Of a stretch of DNA of 64,000 bases, positions 19,866 to 29,301 are shown one piece after another. Location of the stretch: NCBI GenBank assembly GCA_963713825.1, contig CAVQNG010000034.1:1-64000 (forward strand), written 5' to 3'. Numbering within the stretch: the first letter of the stretch is position 1; the number at the start of each line of letters is the position of its first letter. The notes beneath the pieces are model-generated. The model did not search any database, was not told where the DNA came from, and saw nothing but the letters and a program-made list of their open reading frames with translations. Source of the stretch: an uncultured Acidobacteriota bacterium (GTDB lineage Bacteria > Acidobacteriota > Thermoanaerobaculia > Multivoradales > JAHEKO01). A program made the translations under genes and the position numbers.

Positions 19866-21025
19866 GCGCGCCCCGCTTGGAGATCGACCTCGACAAAATC
19901 CAGCACAACGCCCGCTCACTGGTCGAACGGCTGGCCGTGGGCGGAATTTCGGTCACGGGCGTTACCAAGGCGACCCTCGGCTCGCCCGAGATCGCTGGAG
20001 CGTTGCTGCGGGCGGGAGTGCGTAGGCTCGGCGACTCTCGCATCGAGAACATAGAAGCAATGCGGCTTGCCCGCGTGCCGGCCTCGATGACGCTCATCCG
20101 TTCTCCGATGCTCAGTCAGGGGGATCGGGTCGTGGCGCAAGCCGACGTTAGTTTCAACACCGAGCTCGACGTCATCAGCAAGCTCTCGTGCGCCGCACAG
20201 AGGATGGGGAAGACGCACGGGATCGTACTCATGGTCGAGTTGGGGGACCTTCGTGAAGGCATCCTGCCAGGTGACCTCGAGCCCTGCGTGCGCCAAGCGC
20301 TTCGATTCCCGAACATCACGCTCGAGGGCATAGGCACCAATCTCGCCTGCCAGAGCGGAGTGGAACCCGACGCCAAGAACATGGCCGAGCTGTCCGCGCT
20401 GGTCGCTTCGATCGAGGCAACCTTCGGTGTCAAGCTCGGCATTGTCTCCGGAGGCAATTCCGCCAACCTCCCATGGGCGCTCAACGGCGCAGACAAGGGG
20501 CGTGTCAACGATCTCCGGCTGGGTGAATCACTCCTGCTCGGTCGCGAACCGCTGCGTCGCCAGCCGATCGACGGCCTGCACACCGACGCCATCACGCTGG
20601 TAGCCGAGGTCATCGAGTCGATGGTCAAGCCATCGCAGCCTTGGGGCAAGATCGCACAGACCGCGTTCGGGGAGAAGTCACCCGCGTTGGATCGGGGCGA
20701 TATCTCGCACACGATCCTGGCCATCGGGCACCAAGACACCGATCCGGACGGTCTCTTCCCGCCTGGCGGGATCGAGATCCTGGGGGCCAGTAGTGACCAC
20801 CTCATCACGGACTCCGGCCAGCAGCGCCTGTCTGTCGGCGGCGAGGTCAGGTTCCAGCTCAACTACAGCGCGATGATGCGCGCCATGACGTCGCCTTTCG
20901 TCGCCAAAGTCATGCCGGTCCAGGCGGCCACATCGCCCGTGTTATCTGCGACGTGGCCGGGCCTGTACGACGACTCTCGGGTCGACAAGAAGAAACGAAT
21001 CGAGGTCGGAGAAACGGCCGGTTAG
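19862..21025 (+). CDS. Alanine/ornithine racemase family PLP enzyme
   Basis: IDLDKIQHN, GVTKA (PLP Lys), GDSRIEN, MVELGDLREG, SGGNSA, GASSDH; ATGA overlap with DUF1611. Confidence 0.9.
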   Translation: MSAPRLEIDLDKIQHNARSLVERLAVGGISVTGVTKATLGSPEIAGALLRAGVRRLGDSRIENIEAMRLARVPASMTLIRSPMLSQGDRVVAQADVSFNTELDVISKLSCAAQRMGKTHGIVLMVELGDLREGILPGDLEPCVRQALRFPNITLEGIGTNLACQSGVEPDAKNMAELSALVASIEATFGVKLGIVSGGNSANLPWALNGADKGRVNDLRLGESLLLGREPLRRQPIDGLHTDAITLVAEVIESMVKPSQPWGKIAQTAFGEKSPALDRGDISHTILAIGHQDTDPDGLFPPGGIEILGASSDHLITDSGQQRLSVGGEVRFQLNYSAMMRAMTSPFVAKVMPVQAATSPVLSATWPGLYDDSRVDKKKRIEVGETAG

Positions 21026-21091
21026 CCCGCCTCCGCAGAGGTCTGAGTGCCCCCTATCCCACCAAGGCCCAGAGACAGCACCGGTGACTCT

Positions 21092-22837
21092 TCAGGCAGC
21101 ACCGCTACCTTGCGTTAGCTGCTCTTGAATGGCATCTGTGTGCTCCTCGATTCTTTGGAAGCACCGTCTGAAGGTCTTCCAATCCCGACCGTACGGGTCT
21201 TGGATGGTCTCAGATCGAGATGCGAAGGCTGAAAACAATACCGTTTTGGCAGGGGCGACTGCCGGGTAGTCACTCACCAGGTGGGCGAGATTGAACCAAT
21301 CCATTGCCAGGACCAGGTCGGCTCGATCGAATAGCTCTGGCGTCATCTTCTGAGGTCTGTGGCTGGTCAGATCGATACCCAGTGAATCAGCGCAAGCGAT
21401 GGCCATGGCATCCGCCGAGGAATCGGAGGCATGGGTGCCGCAGGACGCAATCTCTATACCTCGAGGGCCCAGCTGTTTCTTCATCAGCGCTTCGGCAAAG
21501 GCCGAGCGGATGATATTGCCGTGACAGACGATCAGAATCGAGCGTGCTCGTGCGATCTTTGGAACAGTCGATCGACCGAGTCCCAGTCGCATTCGCAGAT
21601 ACGCAAGTTTCCCCTTGCCGGTGAGCTTCGTGAATCTCTTCAGCCCGGGCGGCAAGCTCTTGAGCAGCTTACGTCCGACCTGTTCCAGTTCGCCCACGGG
21701 AGCGAGTAGGTCGTTCAAGCGCCAGACTGCGTCTGTCGTGAAAGGCGGCAGGAACCTGAGAAACGATGCGATCTCTCTGGAAGGGGAGGACGCAAGTATC
21801 CACTCCGGTGGGCGATTCGCCAGATAGCCCACCAGGCGTTCGATCCTGCCTGCGGTCCAAGCGATTCGCGCACCTACTCGGTAGCTCTCTGGCACCTGCG
21901 GGTCCATGCCGTGCAGGAGCTGCCATTGATACCAGGGAAACTCGAGTCCTGCGACGTCGGCGAGCGCGAGAGATCCCCAGAACCGGCCATTGACTTCAAT
22001 CAGGGTGGCCTCTCGAGTCTCCGGATGATAGCGATACTCGACCATTGCCGCGCCCTGCCAACCCAGCTCTTCAAGCAGAGCTTTCGACATCTGCAGCAGC
22101 TGCTCATCAGGGTAGACAGCTCGAGCCAGCACACTTACACCCCCCGTCGCAGGCAGATCCTCTTCCCTTTCGTGCTGGAATACTGCCAGGGCTTTTCCAG
22201 AGTCGATCAGTAGCTCCACTCCAATGCCGATTCCAGGCACGTACTCCTGGAACAGGAAGTGATGGCGAGCTCCTTGCCAATCCGTTAGAAACCCTCGAAA
22301 CGCCTCCTCGTCTTCGATGTGGAGGACTTTGACCGAAGAGCGAAGTGCTTTGTTTGCGGGCTTGGCGACGATGGGGAAGCTCAGGTGCAGATCATCCGCT
22401 CGGTCGACAGTCGCGCCCATCTGTGTTCTCGGTAAACGGAAGCCGAGTGCTTTGGCGGCAGCGAGGGTTTTCTCCTTGGACAGAACGGATGCAACGACTT
22501 CGGCGGGCGGACAAGCAATATGAGCCGATGCGCTGAGCAGGTGGCGATGCTGAGCAATGGCTGCGAGTGCCAGATCGTTGGTGGCAAAGATGGTGTCGTA
22601 CCCATCCTGGTCGATGAGCCGCAACAATGTCTCGGCAACCGCTGACGGGTCTTCCAGCGAGCCAATGGGGTGCCGCTGGCGAATGTGGACGGATCGACAA
22701 GGCACGTCTCGTGGAAACGCGATATCGACAGAAATGCCGTGGCGGTCCAGGCATCGGGCGATCGCGATTGCGATTCGATGGTTGGAGCCGACAACGAGAG
22801 TCGGCGGCGAAGCCTGTTGTCGCTTCTTCAGTCTCAA
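21092..22837 (-). CDS. ATP-grasp domain fused to a low-molecular-weight protein-tyrosine phosphatase domain
   Basis: FPIVAKP, FQEYVPG, LIEVNGRFWGS; C-terminal VCHGNIIRS (CX5R) and DPY; TTG start overlaps the DinB stop. Confidence 0.82.
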   Translation of the reverse strand: MRLKKRQQASPPTLVVGSNHRIAIAIARCLDRHGISVDIAFPRDVPCRSVHIRQRHPIGSLEDPSAVAETLLRLIDQDGYDTIFATNDLALAAIAQHRHLLSASAHIACPPAEVVASVLSKEKTLAAAKALGFRLPRTQMGATVDRADDLHLSFPIVAKPANKALRSSVKVLHIEDEEAFRGFLTDWQGARHHFLFQEYVPGIGIGVELLIDSGKALAVFQHEREEDLPATGGVSVLARAVYPDEQLLQMSKALLEELGWQGAAMVEYRYHPETREATLIEVNGRFWGSLALADVAGLEFPWYQWQLLHGMDPQVPESYRVGARIAWTAGRIERLVGYLANRPPEWILASSPSREIASFLRFLPPFTTDAVWRLNDLLAPVGELEQVGRKLLKSLPPGLKRFTKLTGKGKLAYLRMRLGLGRSTVPKIARARSILIVCHGNIIRSAFAEALMKKQLGPRGIEIASCGTHASDSSADAMAIACADSLGIDLTSHRPQKMTPELFDRADLVLAMDWFNLAHLVSDYPAVAPAKTVLFSAFASRSETIQDPYGRDWKTFRRCFQRIEEHTDAIQEQLTQGSGAA

Positions 22838-23331
22838 ACGTGAAGGCTCATCGCTGGCAATCGGTGAATCCTGCGTAGCAGGGCCAGTTGCCCAATGTGA
22901 TAGGCCTCATGGTGGAGCATGAAGCCGATGCTGCCAAGTAGGGACTCGTCTTCGAATGGAAACGAGTACTCCATGACGGGTGGTGTTTGTGAGAGCGAGT
23001 CGGCGTCGAGTGTCTCGAACCTGTTGTCGAGCGCTGCCGTCACCTCCAGCCAGGCGGTCCGCATCTCTGCCAGGGAAGGGTAGATTTCGATCTCGTCGAT
23101 CGTTTGTGCCGACGCGGTGATCTGCTCGAACGGGTTGGACTCTGACAGTCCGACGAATTTGGCCATGTAGTGTCGGGCATCGTGCATGTGCAGGCCGATG
23201 TAGGCCATGCTGCTGGTATCCTCGTTGGGCCTCAGGCGGGCAGTCTCGTCACTGACCTCGTCGAAGCAGTTCAGGAAAAGGCGGGTATGCAGTCGCAACA
23301 TTGCGTGCATGGGAACAACTCGGCTATCCAT
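22834..23331 (-). CDS. DinB-family protein
   Basis: IGLH...HHEAYHIGQLALLRR motif. Confidence 0.82.
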   Translation of the reverse strand: MDSRVVPMHAMLRLHTRLFLNCFDEVSDETARLRPNEDTSSMAYIGLHMHDARHYMAKFVGLSESNPFEQITASAQTIDEIEIYPSLAEMRTAWLEVTAALDNRFETLDADSLSQTPPVMEYSFPFEDESLLGSIGFMLHHEAYHIGQLALLRRIHRLPAMSLHV

Positions 23332-23453
23332 GGGCGTGACCTCCTCTCGAGACCCGAAGGCGCGAATTGGGGAAGCAAGCGCCTGCGACGCTACAATTCC
23401 GTCGAGTAGCGGAATGCCGGATTCCAGAGCGCAGTTTGTAAGGTCTGGATTCC

Positions 23454-24833
23454 GTGATCGAAATCATGACTAGGGCCATCCTATCGCTTGTAGCGCTGCT
23501 GTCCTCTATCGGCTGTCAGAAGCCGCTGGCACTCGTTCGTCCCGAGGTGCCGAGTCTGACCGTGCGACTCGACATTCCAGCCCCGGAGACCTCGGCCGGC
23601 GGCCTGGTGGTCGCCGACCTCAACCAGGACGAGCGGCCGGACTTTGTGGTCACGGTGCCTGGTCATCTCGCGGTGTACGACAACAGCGGAAGCGAGCTTT
23701 GGATCGAGCGAAGCGACATCGTGGTCAGCAGCAAGAGCGAAGCCAATGGCCTTCCCGGGCACAACGGCCCCGGTGTGGCAGCTGGGGACGTGGATGGAGA
23801 CGGCGCCATCGAAGTGGTCTTCCTGACCAAGGATGGAGCTCTTCATGTGGTCGATGGAGCGACGGGCAGATCCGAGCTTCAGGTCAGTCCACCGATCCCC
23901 GCAGGGGCCGAACGGTGGGAGCTGGCCATGGTCGCCGACTTTCGGGGGGAGGGGGACCGGGACCTCCTTCTGCAGGCCACCAATCTTGAAGGGTATCGGA
24001 CCGGCAAGTACCTCGCCGCCTACTCGTACGAAGGATTGGTGAATGGTGAGGAGCCGCTCTGGTCTTCCGACAGCTTCGAATCCTGTGCCCACAACGGTGC
24101 CCGGTTGAGTGACCTCGATGGCGATGGAAGAGACGAGGTATTGGGAGGACAGATCGTATCTGCTGCTGGGGAGGTGATCGCCGAGCCTGCGGACTTCGAA
24201 GGGCACATGGATAGCGTCTTTGTCAACGACTTGGTGCCCGACATTCCGGGACTGGAAGTCGTTCTTCTCGAGGAAGGATCGGATCAGGTGCAGGTCTTGG
24301 GCATGGACGGACCCGTCTGGCGAAACCACCTCCGAGAGCAGGAGCCTCAGAATGCGGCGGTGGGGAGGTTTTCCCCGGACTCGGACGAGGTCTTCGTCTG
24401 GTGTCGAAGTCGTTACAGGAAGCACCAGAAGCCGTTCGTCTTCAACAGTCGTGGAGAGATGGTCTTCGAGTACGAGATGAAGCGGTCCGCGCCTCTGGGC
24501 TGGACTGCCGAGGGAGTGGAAGTGATCCACACCATCGACTGGACGGGCGAAGAGACCCAGCTCGCCTGTGCGAAAGAACGTCATAAGAGAGGCAGTGTCG
24601 TGCTCTTCGAACCCCTGACAGGAAGATTCGTGAGAATCTTCAAGGAAGAGGCCGACCGGCTCTATGTGGCCGATGTGCTGGGCGACTGGCGCGAAGAGGT
24701 CATCGTTCTCAATGGGAACGAGCTCCACGTGTACGAGAACAACGATCCAAATCCCCGACCCGACCGCGAGCGGCTCTGGACCGACCGCAACTACCGTCGC
24801 CTGAAGCAGTACCACAACTACTACTCACCCTGA
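23454..24833 (+). CDS. FG-GAP/VCBS repeat beta-propeller lipoprotein (PL11-like)
   Basis: Lipobox-like LSSIGC; repeated DLNQD, DVDGDG, DLDGDGRDE; ADVLGDWREE. Confidence 0.72.
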   Translation: MIEIMTRAILSLVALLSSIGCQKPLALVRPEVPSLTVRLDIPAPETSAGGLVVADLNQDERPDFVVTVPGHLAVYDNSGSELWIERSDIVVSSKSEANGLPGHNGPGVAAGDVDGDGAIEVVFLTKDGALHVVDGATGRSELQVSPPIPAGAERWELAMVADFRGEGDRDLLLQATNLEGYRTGKYLAAYSYEGLVNGEEPLWSSDSFESCAHNGARLSDLDGDGRDEVLGGQIVSAAGEVIAEPADFEGHMDSVFVNDLVPDIPGLEVVLLEEGSDQVQVLGMDGPVWRNHLREQEPQNAAVGRFSPDSDEVFVWCRSRYRKHQKPFVFNSRGEMVFEYEMKRSAPLGWTAEGVEVIHTIDWTGEETQLACAKERHKRGSVVLFEPLTGRFVRIFKEEADRLYVADVLGDWREEVIVLNGNELHVYENNDPNPRPDRERLWTDRNYRRLKQYHNYYSP

Positions 24834-24868
24834 GCGAGGCAGAGTGTTGTTTCGTGGGGCTTAAGGGC

Positions 24869-25759
24869 TTAGGGGCTCAGGGATGCCGAGGCCCTGGGGA
24901 ACCGTTCGTTCACCCATTCCTCGATTGCCTCTCTTACCGCCTCGGGGCTCTCGGTGAGGGGCCAGTGGTTGGCATCGATGCTCGTGAAGACTACGTCGGG
25001 AAAGTGCTCGAGAGCCTCGCGGTTGATCTGAGGATCCGCGAAGGTGATGCCAGTGGAAAGAAGAATCGCAACGGGAACGGTGATGGTTTCCAAGTCGGGC
25101 AGAGTCGCGGTTGTGGCGATGAGCTGCTGTAGGTAGTTGGCTGTGGGTTGGTACCGGAGAATGGGCCCCAGGGCGCTGTACCGCTTGGCGATCTCTTCGG
25201 CCGACTGCCCTTCCTGGAGGGCGGCGCGAGTCTCTCGATCGAGCTCTCGAAGGTCCCTGTCGGGAATTCGGCGCCGCCTGAGACCCAGGGCGTTGAGGCT
25301 CTGAATGCCCCAGACTGCAGCTTGAAACAGTGGACGGGCGTGGCTGACCCTTCTTTGGCTCCCGATCAGTGCACTCCGGACGACCGGGTCGATCAAAACG
25401 AGGCCTTGTGCCCTTTCAGGGTGATCGTGCGCGAATTGAATGGCGATCTGCGCCCCGAGACTGTGGCCGACCAGGAGGGCCTTGGGATAACTCTCGGCAT
25501 CGAGCAGATGTGCGAGGTCCCGACTCCAGAGGTCGAGGCCGATCCGGCCGCGATGGAAGGACTGACCGTTGCCCCTCATGTCGGGCCGCAACAGGTCCCA
25601 CGAGCCTGAAAGAGACGTTGCATCGACGAGCTCGGACCATCGGCTGTGATTGCTCGCGGCCCCGTGGACCATCAGGATCACGGGTGCCGGCTGGTCTGGC
25701 GCTCGCCTCAACCAATAGGTCAGTCGACAATCGTCAGAAGTCGTGATGGCACGTTCCAT
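24869..25759 (-). CDS. Alpha/beta-fold hydrolase
   Basis: MVHG, DMRGNG, GHSLG nucleophile elbow, C-terminal NHW. Confidence 0.88.
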   Translation of the reverse strand: MERAITTSDDCRLTYWLRRAPDQPAPVILMVHGAASNHSRWSELVDATSLSGSWDLLRPDMRGNGQSFHRGRIGLDLWSRDLAHLLDAESYPKALLVGHSLGAQIAIQFAHDHPERAQGLVLIDPVVRSALIGSQRRVSHARPLFQAAVWGIQSLNALGLRRRRIPDRDLRELDRETRAALQEGQSAEEIAKRYSALGPILRYQPTANYLQQLIATTATLPDLETITVPVAILLSTGITFADPQINREALEHFPDVVFTSIDANHWPLTESPEAVREAIEEWVNERFPRASASLSP

Positions 25760-25841
25760 GTCGCCCCTCCGTGCGGCCTGGGGTTATAGTGACAGATCTA
25801 GCGAGAATGGGAATCGAGAGGTCTTCTTCAGGAGGTTCGTC

Positions 25842-26393
25842 ATGAAACGAGCATTATTTGCACTGGCAGTCCTGGCGATTGTCGGATCCTGGGCGGTGCC
25901 GTCTTTAGCTCAGATCGGCACGGGAGACGTCGGGCAGCAGGCCCGCAGAGGCATGGAAATGGCCATGATGGATCTCGAGAACCAGAGCCTCGGGGTCACC
26001 GAAGAGTCGATGAAAGAGAGCATCGGTGAGGAGGCACTGGCAGCTTTTCTTGCAGGTACCGTGGTGCGATTGGAGCTCTTCCCAGACGGCAGGTTCACCT
26101 CCTATTCCATGTTGGGGGGCGAGCTGGTTTCGTTCAAAGTCGGCAAGGAGTCGTTTGCGCCCGGCGAAGATTGGTCCCTGGACGAGAACGAATGGGTACA
26201 GCGGAGCGGGGAATTCACCGTGCCGAAGAAGGCACAGAAGATCTCCCTCACGGTTCAGGCCGGGGAAGACGAAGTCACTGCCAAGTGCTTCAACAAGTAC
26301 CGCGGAACGGAGGGTCCAGTCACGTTCTACGTTGGGCCTCTGGACGGGTATTTCTGTCTGGGCCTGCTCGATGAGGGAGGATCCGAGGGATGA
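25842..26393 (+). CDS. Hypothetical secreted protein
   Basis: GGAGG RBS, signal peptide [14 protein letters not shown]...SLA; stop overlaps the next gene. Confidence 0.7.
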   Translation: MKRALFALAVLAIVGSWAVPSLAQIGTGDVGQQARRGMEMAMMDLENQSLGVTEESMKESIGEEALAAFLAGTVVRLELFPDGRFTSYSMLGGELVSFKVGKESFAPGEDWSLDENEWVQRSGEFTVPKKAQKISLTVQAGEDEVTAKCFNKYRGTEGPVTFYVGPLDGYFCLGLLDEGGSEG

Positions 26394-27499
26394 AGATTCA
26401 GAGCATCACCATCCATCAGGTCGATCTTCCACTGCATGAAGGTAGTTACAAATGGTCAGGTGGCAAGTCGGTCACAGTCTTCGATAGCACGATCGTGAAG
26501 ATCGAAACCGACGCGGGCGTTACCGGTTTTGGAGAGGTCTGCCCTCTGGGTCCCTTCTACCTACCGGCCTATGGCCCCGGTGCCAGGGCTGGCATCGCGG
26601 AGCTCGCACCGCATCTGCTCGGCGAGGATCCGACCCATTTGGACCGAATCAACCGGCTCATGGACCATCACCTCAAGGGTCATCCCTACGCCAAGTCTGC
26701 TCTGGATATCGCCTGCTGGGACATCCTCGGTCAGGTGACCGGGCAACCGGTGTGCACTCTACTCGGGGGCCGCTATGAGGAAGATTTCGTGCTCTACAGA
26801 GCGATCTCCCAGGAGAGCCCTGAAGCAATGGCAGCCAGCGTGGAGGGTTATCGCTCTGAAGGCTACCGGAGGTTCCAGCTGAAGGTGGGTGGCGACCCCG
26901 ATACCGACATCGAGCGAATTCGCGCTGTCGCGGCGGTGATCGAGAGTGGAGACAAGTTGATTGCCGATGCCAACACCGGCTGGCTGATGCACGAGGCAGC
27001 GCGGGTGGTTCGCGCTGTGAGAGACGTCGATGTCTACATCGAGCAGCCTTGCCCCAGCTATGAAGAGTGTCTGACCATTCGCCGCCGCACCGACCATCCT
27101 TTCGTCTTGGATGAGGTGATCGACGGAATCGAGCCTCTGCTGCGAGGCCACGCCGATGGAGCCATGGACGTGGTCAACATCAAGATCAGCAAGTTCGGGG
27201 GTCTGACGAAGGCCCGTCAGGCGCGAGACCTGTGCGTTTCACTGGGAATCGCGATGACCATCGAGGACAGCTGGGGAGGGGACATCACAACGGCGGCCAT
27301 TGCTCATCTGGCTCACAGCACACCGACGGAGATGCTGTTTACCGCCACTGATTTCAATAGCTATGTCACGGTGAGCACCGCTGAAGGCGCGCCGCAGCGG
27401 AACCAGGGCCGCCTTGCTGCCTCTGAAGCTCCAGGCTTGGGTCTTCAGCCGCGGCTGGAAGTGCTCGGTGATCCCGTAGCTCGGTGGGAGGCTGGTTGA
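26390..27499 (+). CDS. Enolase-superfamily enzyme, cis-3-hydroxy-L-proline dehydratase-like
   Basis: VDLPL.EG.Y.WS, EVCPLG..YLP, GHPYAK, LYRAISQ, QLKVG, DAN, EQP, LDE, NIKISK. Confidence 0.82.
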   Translation: MKIQSITIHQVDLPLHEGSYKWSGGKSVTVFDSTIVKIETDAGVTGFGEVCPLGPFYLPAYGPGARAGIAELAPHLLGEDPTHLDRINRLMDHHLKGHPYAKSALDIACWDILGQVTGQPVCTLLGGRYEEDFVLYRAISQESPEAMAASVEGYRSEGYRRFQLKVGGDPDTDIERIRAVAAVIESGDKLIADANTGWLMHEAARVVRAVRDVDVYIEQPCPSYEECLTIRRRTDHPFVLDEVIDGIEPLLRGHADGAMDVVNIKISKFGGLTKARQARDLCVSLGIAMTIEDSWGGDITTAAIAHLAHSTPTEMLFTATDFNSYVTVSTAEGAPQRNQGRLAASEAPGLGLQPRLEVLGDPVARWEAG

Positions 27500-27518
27500 G
27501 GGGGCGGCTCGACCGGTC

Positions 27519-29225
27519 TCACTCGACCCACAGCGGTACCCGCTCGAAGCGATCGACGTCGATCAAACCCTGATCGGTCAGCTTCAGGCTCGGGATGACC
27601 TCCAGGGCCAGGAAGCTCATGGCCATGAAGGGGTCATGGAGACTGGAGCCGAGCCCTCGAGCTGCCGCGATTGCCTTGTCCAATCCGTCCCGCACTTCCT
27701 CGACGGGAGAGTCGTTCATCAGGCCGCCAATGGGCAGAGGTAGCTCAGCCAGCACCTGGTCCCCTTCGGCGACCACCAATCCTCCACCCAGGGCTGCGGC
27801 CCGTCGGGTTGCGGTCCACATAGAGGTGTCATCGGCGCCGACGACTACCAGGTTGTGGTGGTCGTGAGCGATAGAGGAAGACAGCGCCCCGCGCTCGAGT
27901 CCCATCCCCTGAACGAAGCCCTTGCCCATGGCTCCAGAGGCTCGGTGCCTCTCGATGACGGCGATCTTGAGCAGGTCCCGGCTGGGATCGGCTTCAGCTT
28001 CGGCCGTATCAGATTCGAAGGTGGCCGTGAGGTGCTTGGTGACGAGTTGATCGGGAATGATGCCGATGACCCGAGCCTGGCCGCCATGGTTGTCGATGGA
28101 GAAGTCGACCCGGTCCCAGTCGATATTCATGGTGCTACGCAACGGATGGGAGTCATGGGCCAGACGGGGGAGGAGCATTCTGCCTTCCCGTGCTACGGGC
28201 CGACCGCCCCGGAACACCAAGTGAGGCGAGGGAGCTTCGAGATCGTTGAAGGCGACCAGGTCGGCTCGCCTGCCTGGGCTGATGGCGCCACGGTCGGAAA
28301 GCCCGAAATACCGAGCTGCATTCCAGGTGGCCATACGAATCGCGCGAATCGGTTCCAGACCGCGGGCTATGGCGGTTCGAATCATGTAGTCGATGTGGCC
28401 CTGGTCCAGCAGATCCCTGGGCTGGCGATCATCCGTGCAGAAGCAGAACCGATGTTGGTTGTCCGCATTCACCAGCGGTAGCAATGCCTCCAGATTGTGG
28501 GCGTTGCTCGCCTCTCGAATGAAAATGGTCAGTCCCATTCGGAGTTTCTCGCGGGCCTCCTCTGCCGTCGTGGATTCGTGATCGGAGCCGATGCCAGCCG
28601 CCACGTAGCCGGCCAGGTCCTTACCGCTCAGACCTGGGCAGTGGCCATCGATCGGGTAGTCGTCGAACGCCTGTATCTTTGCCAATACTTCGGTGTCGGC
28701 CGACAAGACACCGGGAAAATTCATCACTTCCGCCAGGCCGATGACCCACGGGTCGGATTTGAACGGCGCCAGATCGTAGCTGTGCAAGGTGGCGCCGGCA
28801 GTCTCCATGTGGGTGGCGGGGACGCAAGACGGTGCCATCACGAACATGCTGAGAGGCCCGTCCTTGGCGCTCTCGAACATGAAGCGGATTCCCTCGGTGC
28901 CTAGAACATTGGCAATCTCGTGAGGGTCGGTTATGACCGTCGTGGTGCCCCTTGGAACCACGGCTCGAGCAAACTCCGCCGGTGGCACGAGACTGCTTTC
29001 GATGTGCACGTGGGCGTCGATGAAGCCGGGCGCCAGATAGGCCCCCTCCAGGTCCAATCGGTCCTGAGCCGGATAGTCCCCCAGCCCAACGATGCGGGAT
29101 CGTGCGAGGGCCACGGAGGTTTCCTGGATCTCGCCGCTGAGGACGTTGACGACCTTGGCGTTCTCGATCAGGAGATCGGCGGGAGCTTCACCCCGTGCAT
29201 GTTGGATGAGGGTATCGAGTTCCAT
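27519..29225 (-). CDS. ade: Adenine deaminase
   Basis: PGFIDAHVHIES, DPHEIANV, AEVMNFPG, DGHCPG, SDHE, CTDDR, SIAHDHHN. Confidence 0.93.
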   Translation of the reverse strand: MELDTLIQHARGEAPADLLIENAKVVNVLSGEIQETSVALARSRIVGLGDYPAQDRLDLEGAYLAPGFIDAHVHIESSLVPPAEFARAVVPRGTTTVITDPHEIANVLGTEGIRFMFESAKDGPLSMFVMAPSCVPATHMETAGATLHSYDLAPFKSDPWVIGLAEVMNFPGVLSADTEVLAKIQAFDDYPIDGHCPGLSGKDLAGYVAAGIGSDHESTTAEEAREKLRMGLTIFIREASNAHNLEALLPLVNADNQHRFCFCTDDRQPRDLLDQGHIDYMIRTAIARGLEPIRAIRMATWNAARYFGLSDRGAISPGRRADLVAFNDLEAPSPHLVFRGGRPVAREGRMLLPRLAHDSHPLRSTMNIDWDRVDFSIDNHGGQARVIGIIPDQLVTKHLTATFESDTAEAEADPSRDLLKIAVIERHRASGAMGKGFVQGMGLERGALSSSIAHDHHNLVVVGADDTSMWTATRRAAALGGGLVVAEGDQVLAELPLPIGGLMNDSPVEEVRDGLDKAIAAARGLGSSLHDPFMAMSFLALEVIPSLKLTDQGLIDVDRFERVPLWVE

Positions 29226-29301
29226 GCTTGGTCTCCTTGGGGGCCCGGCTCGGGCCTCGGGCGCCATTCTAGCGCCGCCCGAGTCCCATCGGGTGGTCTC
29301 A

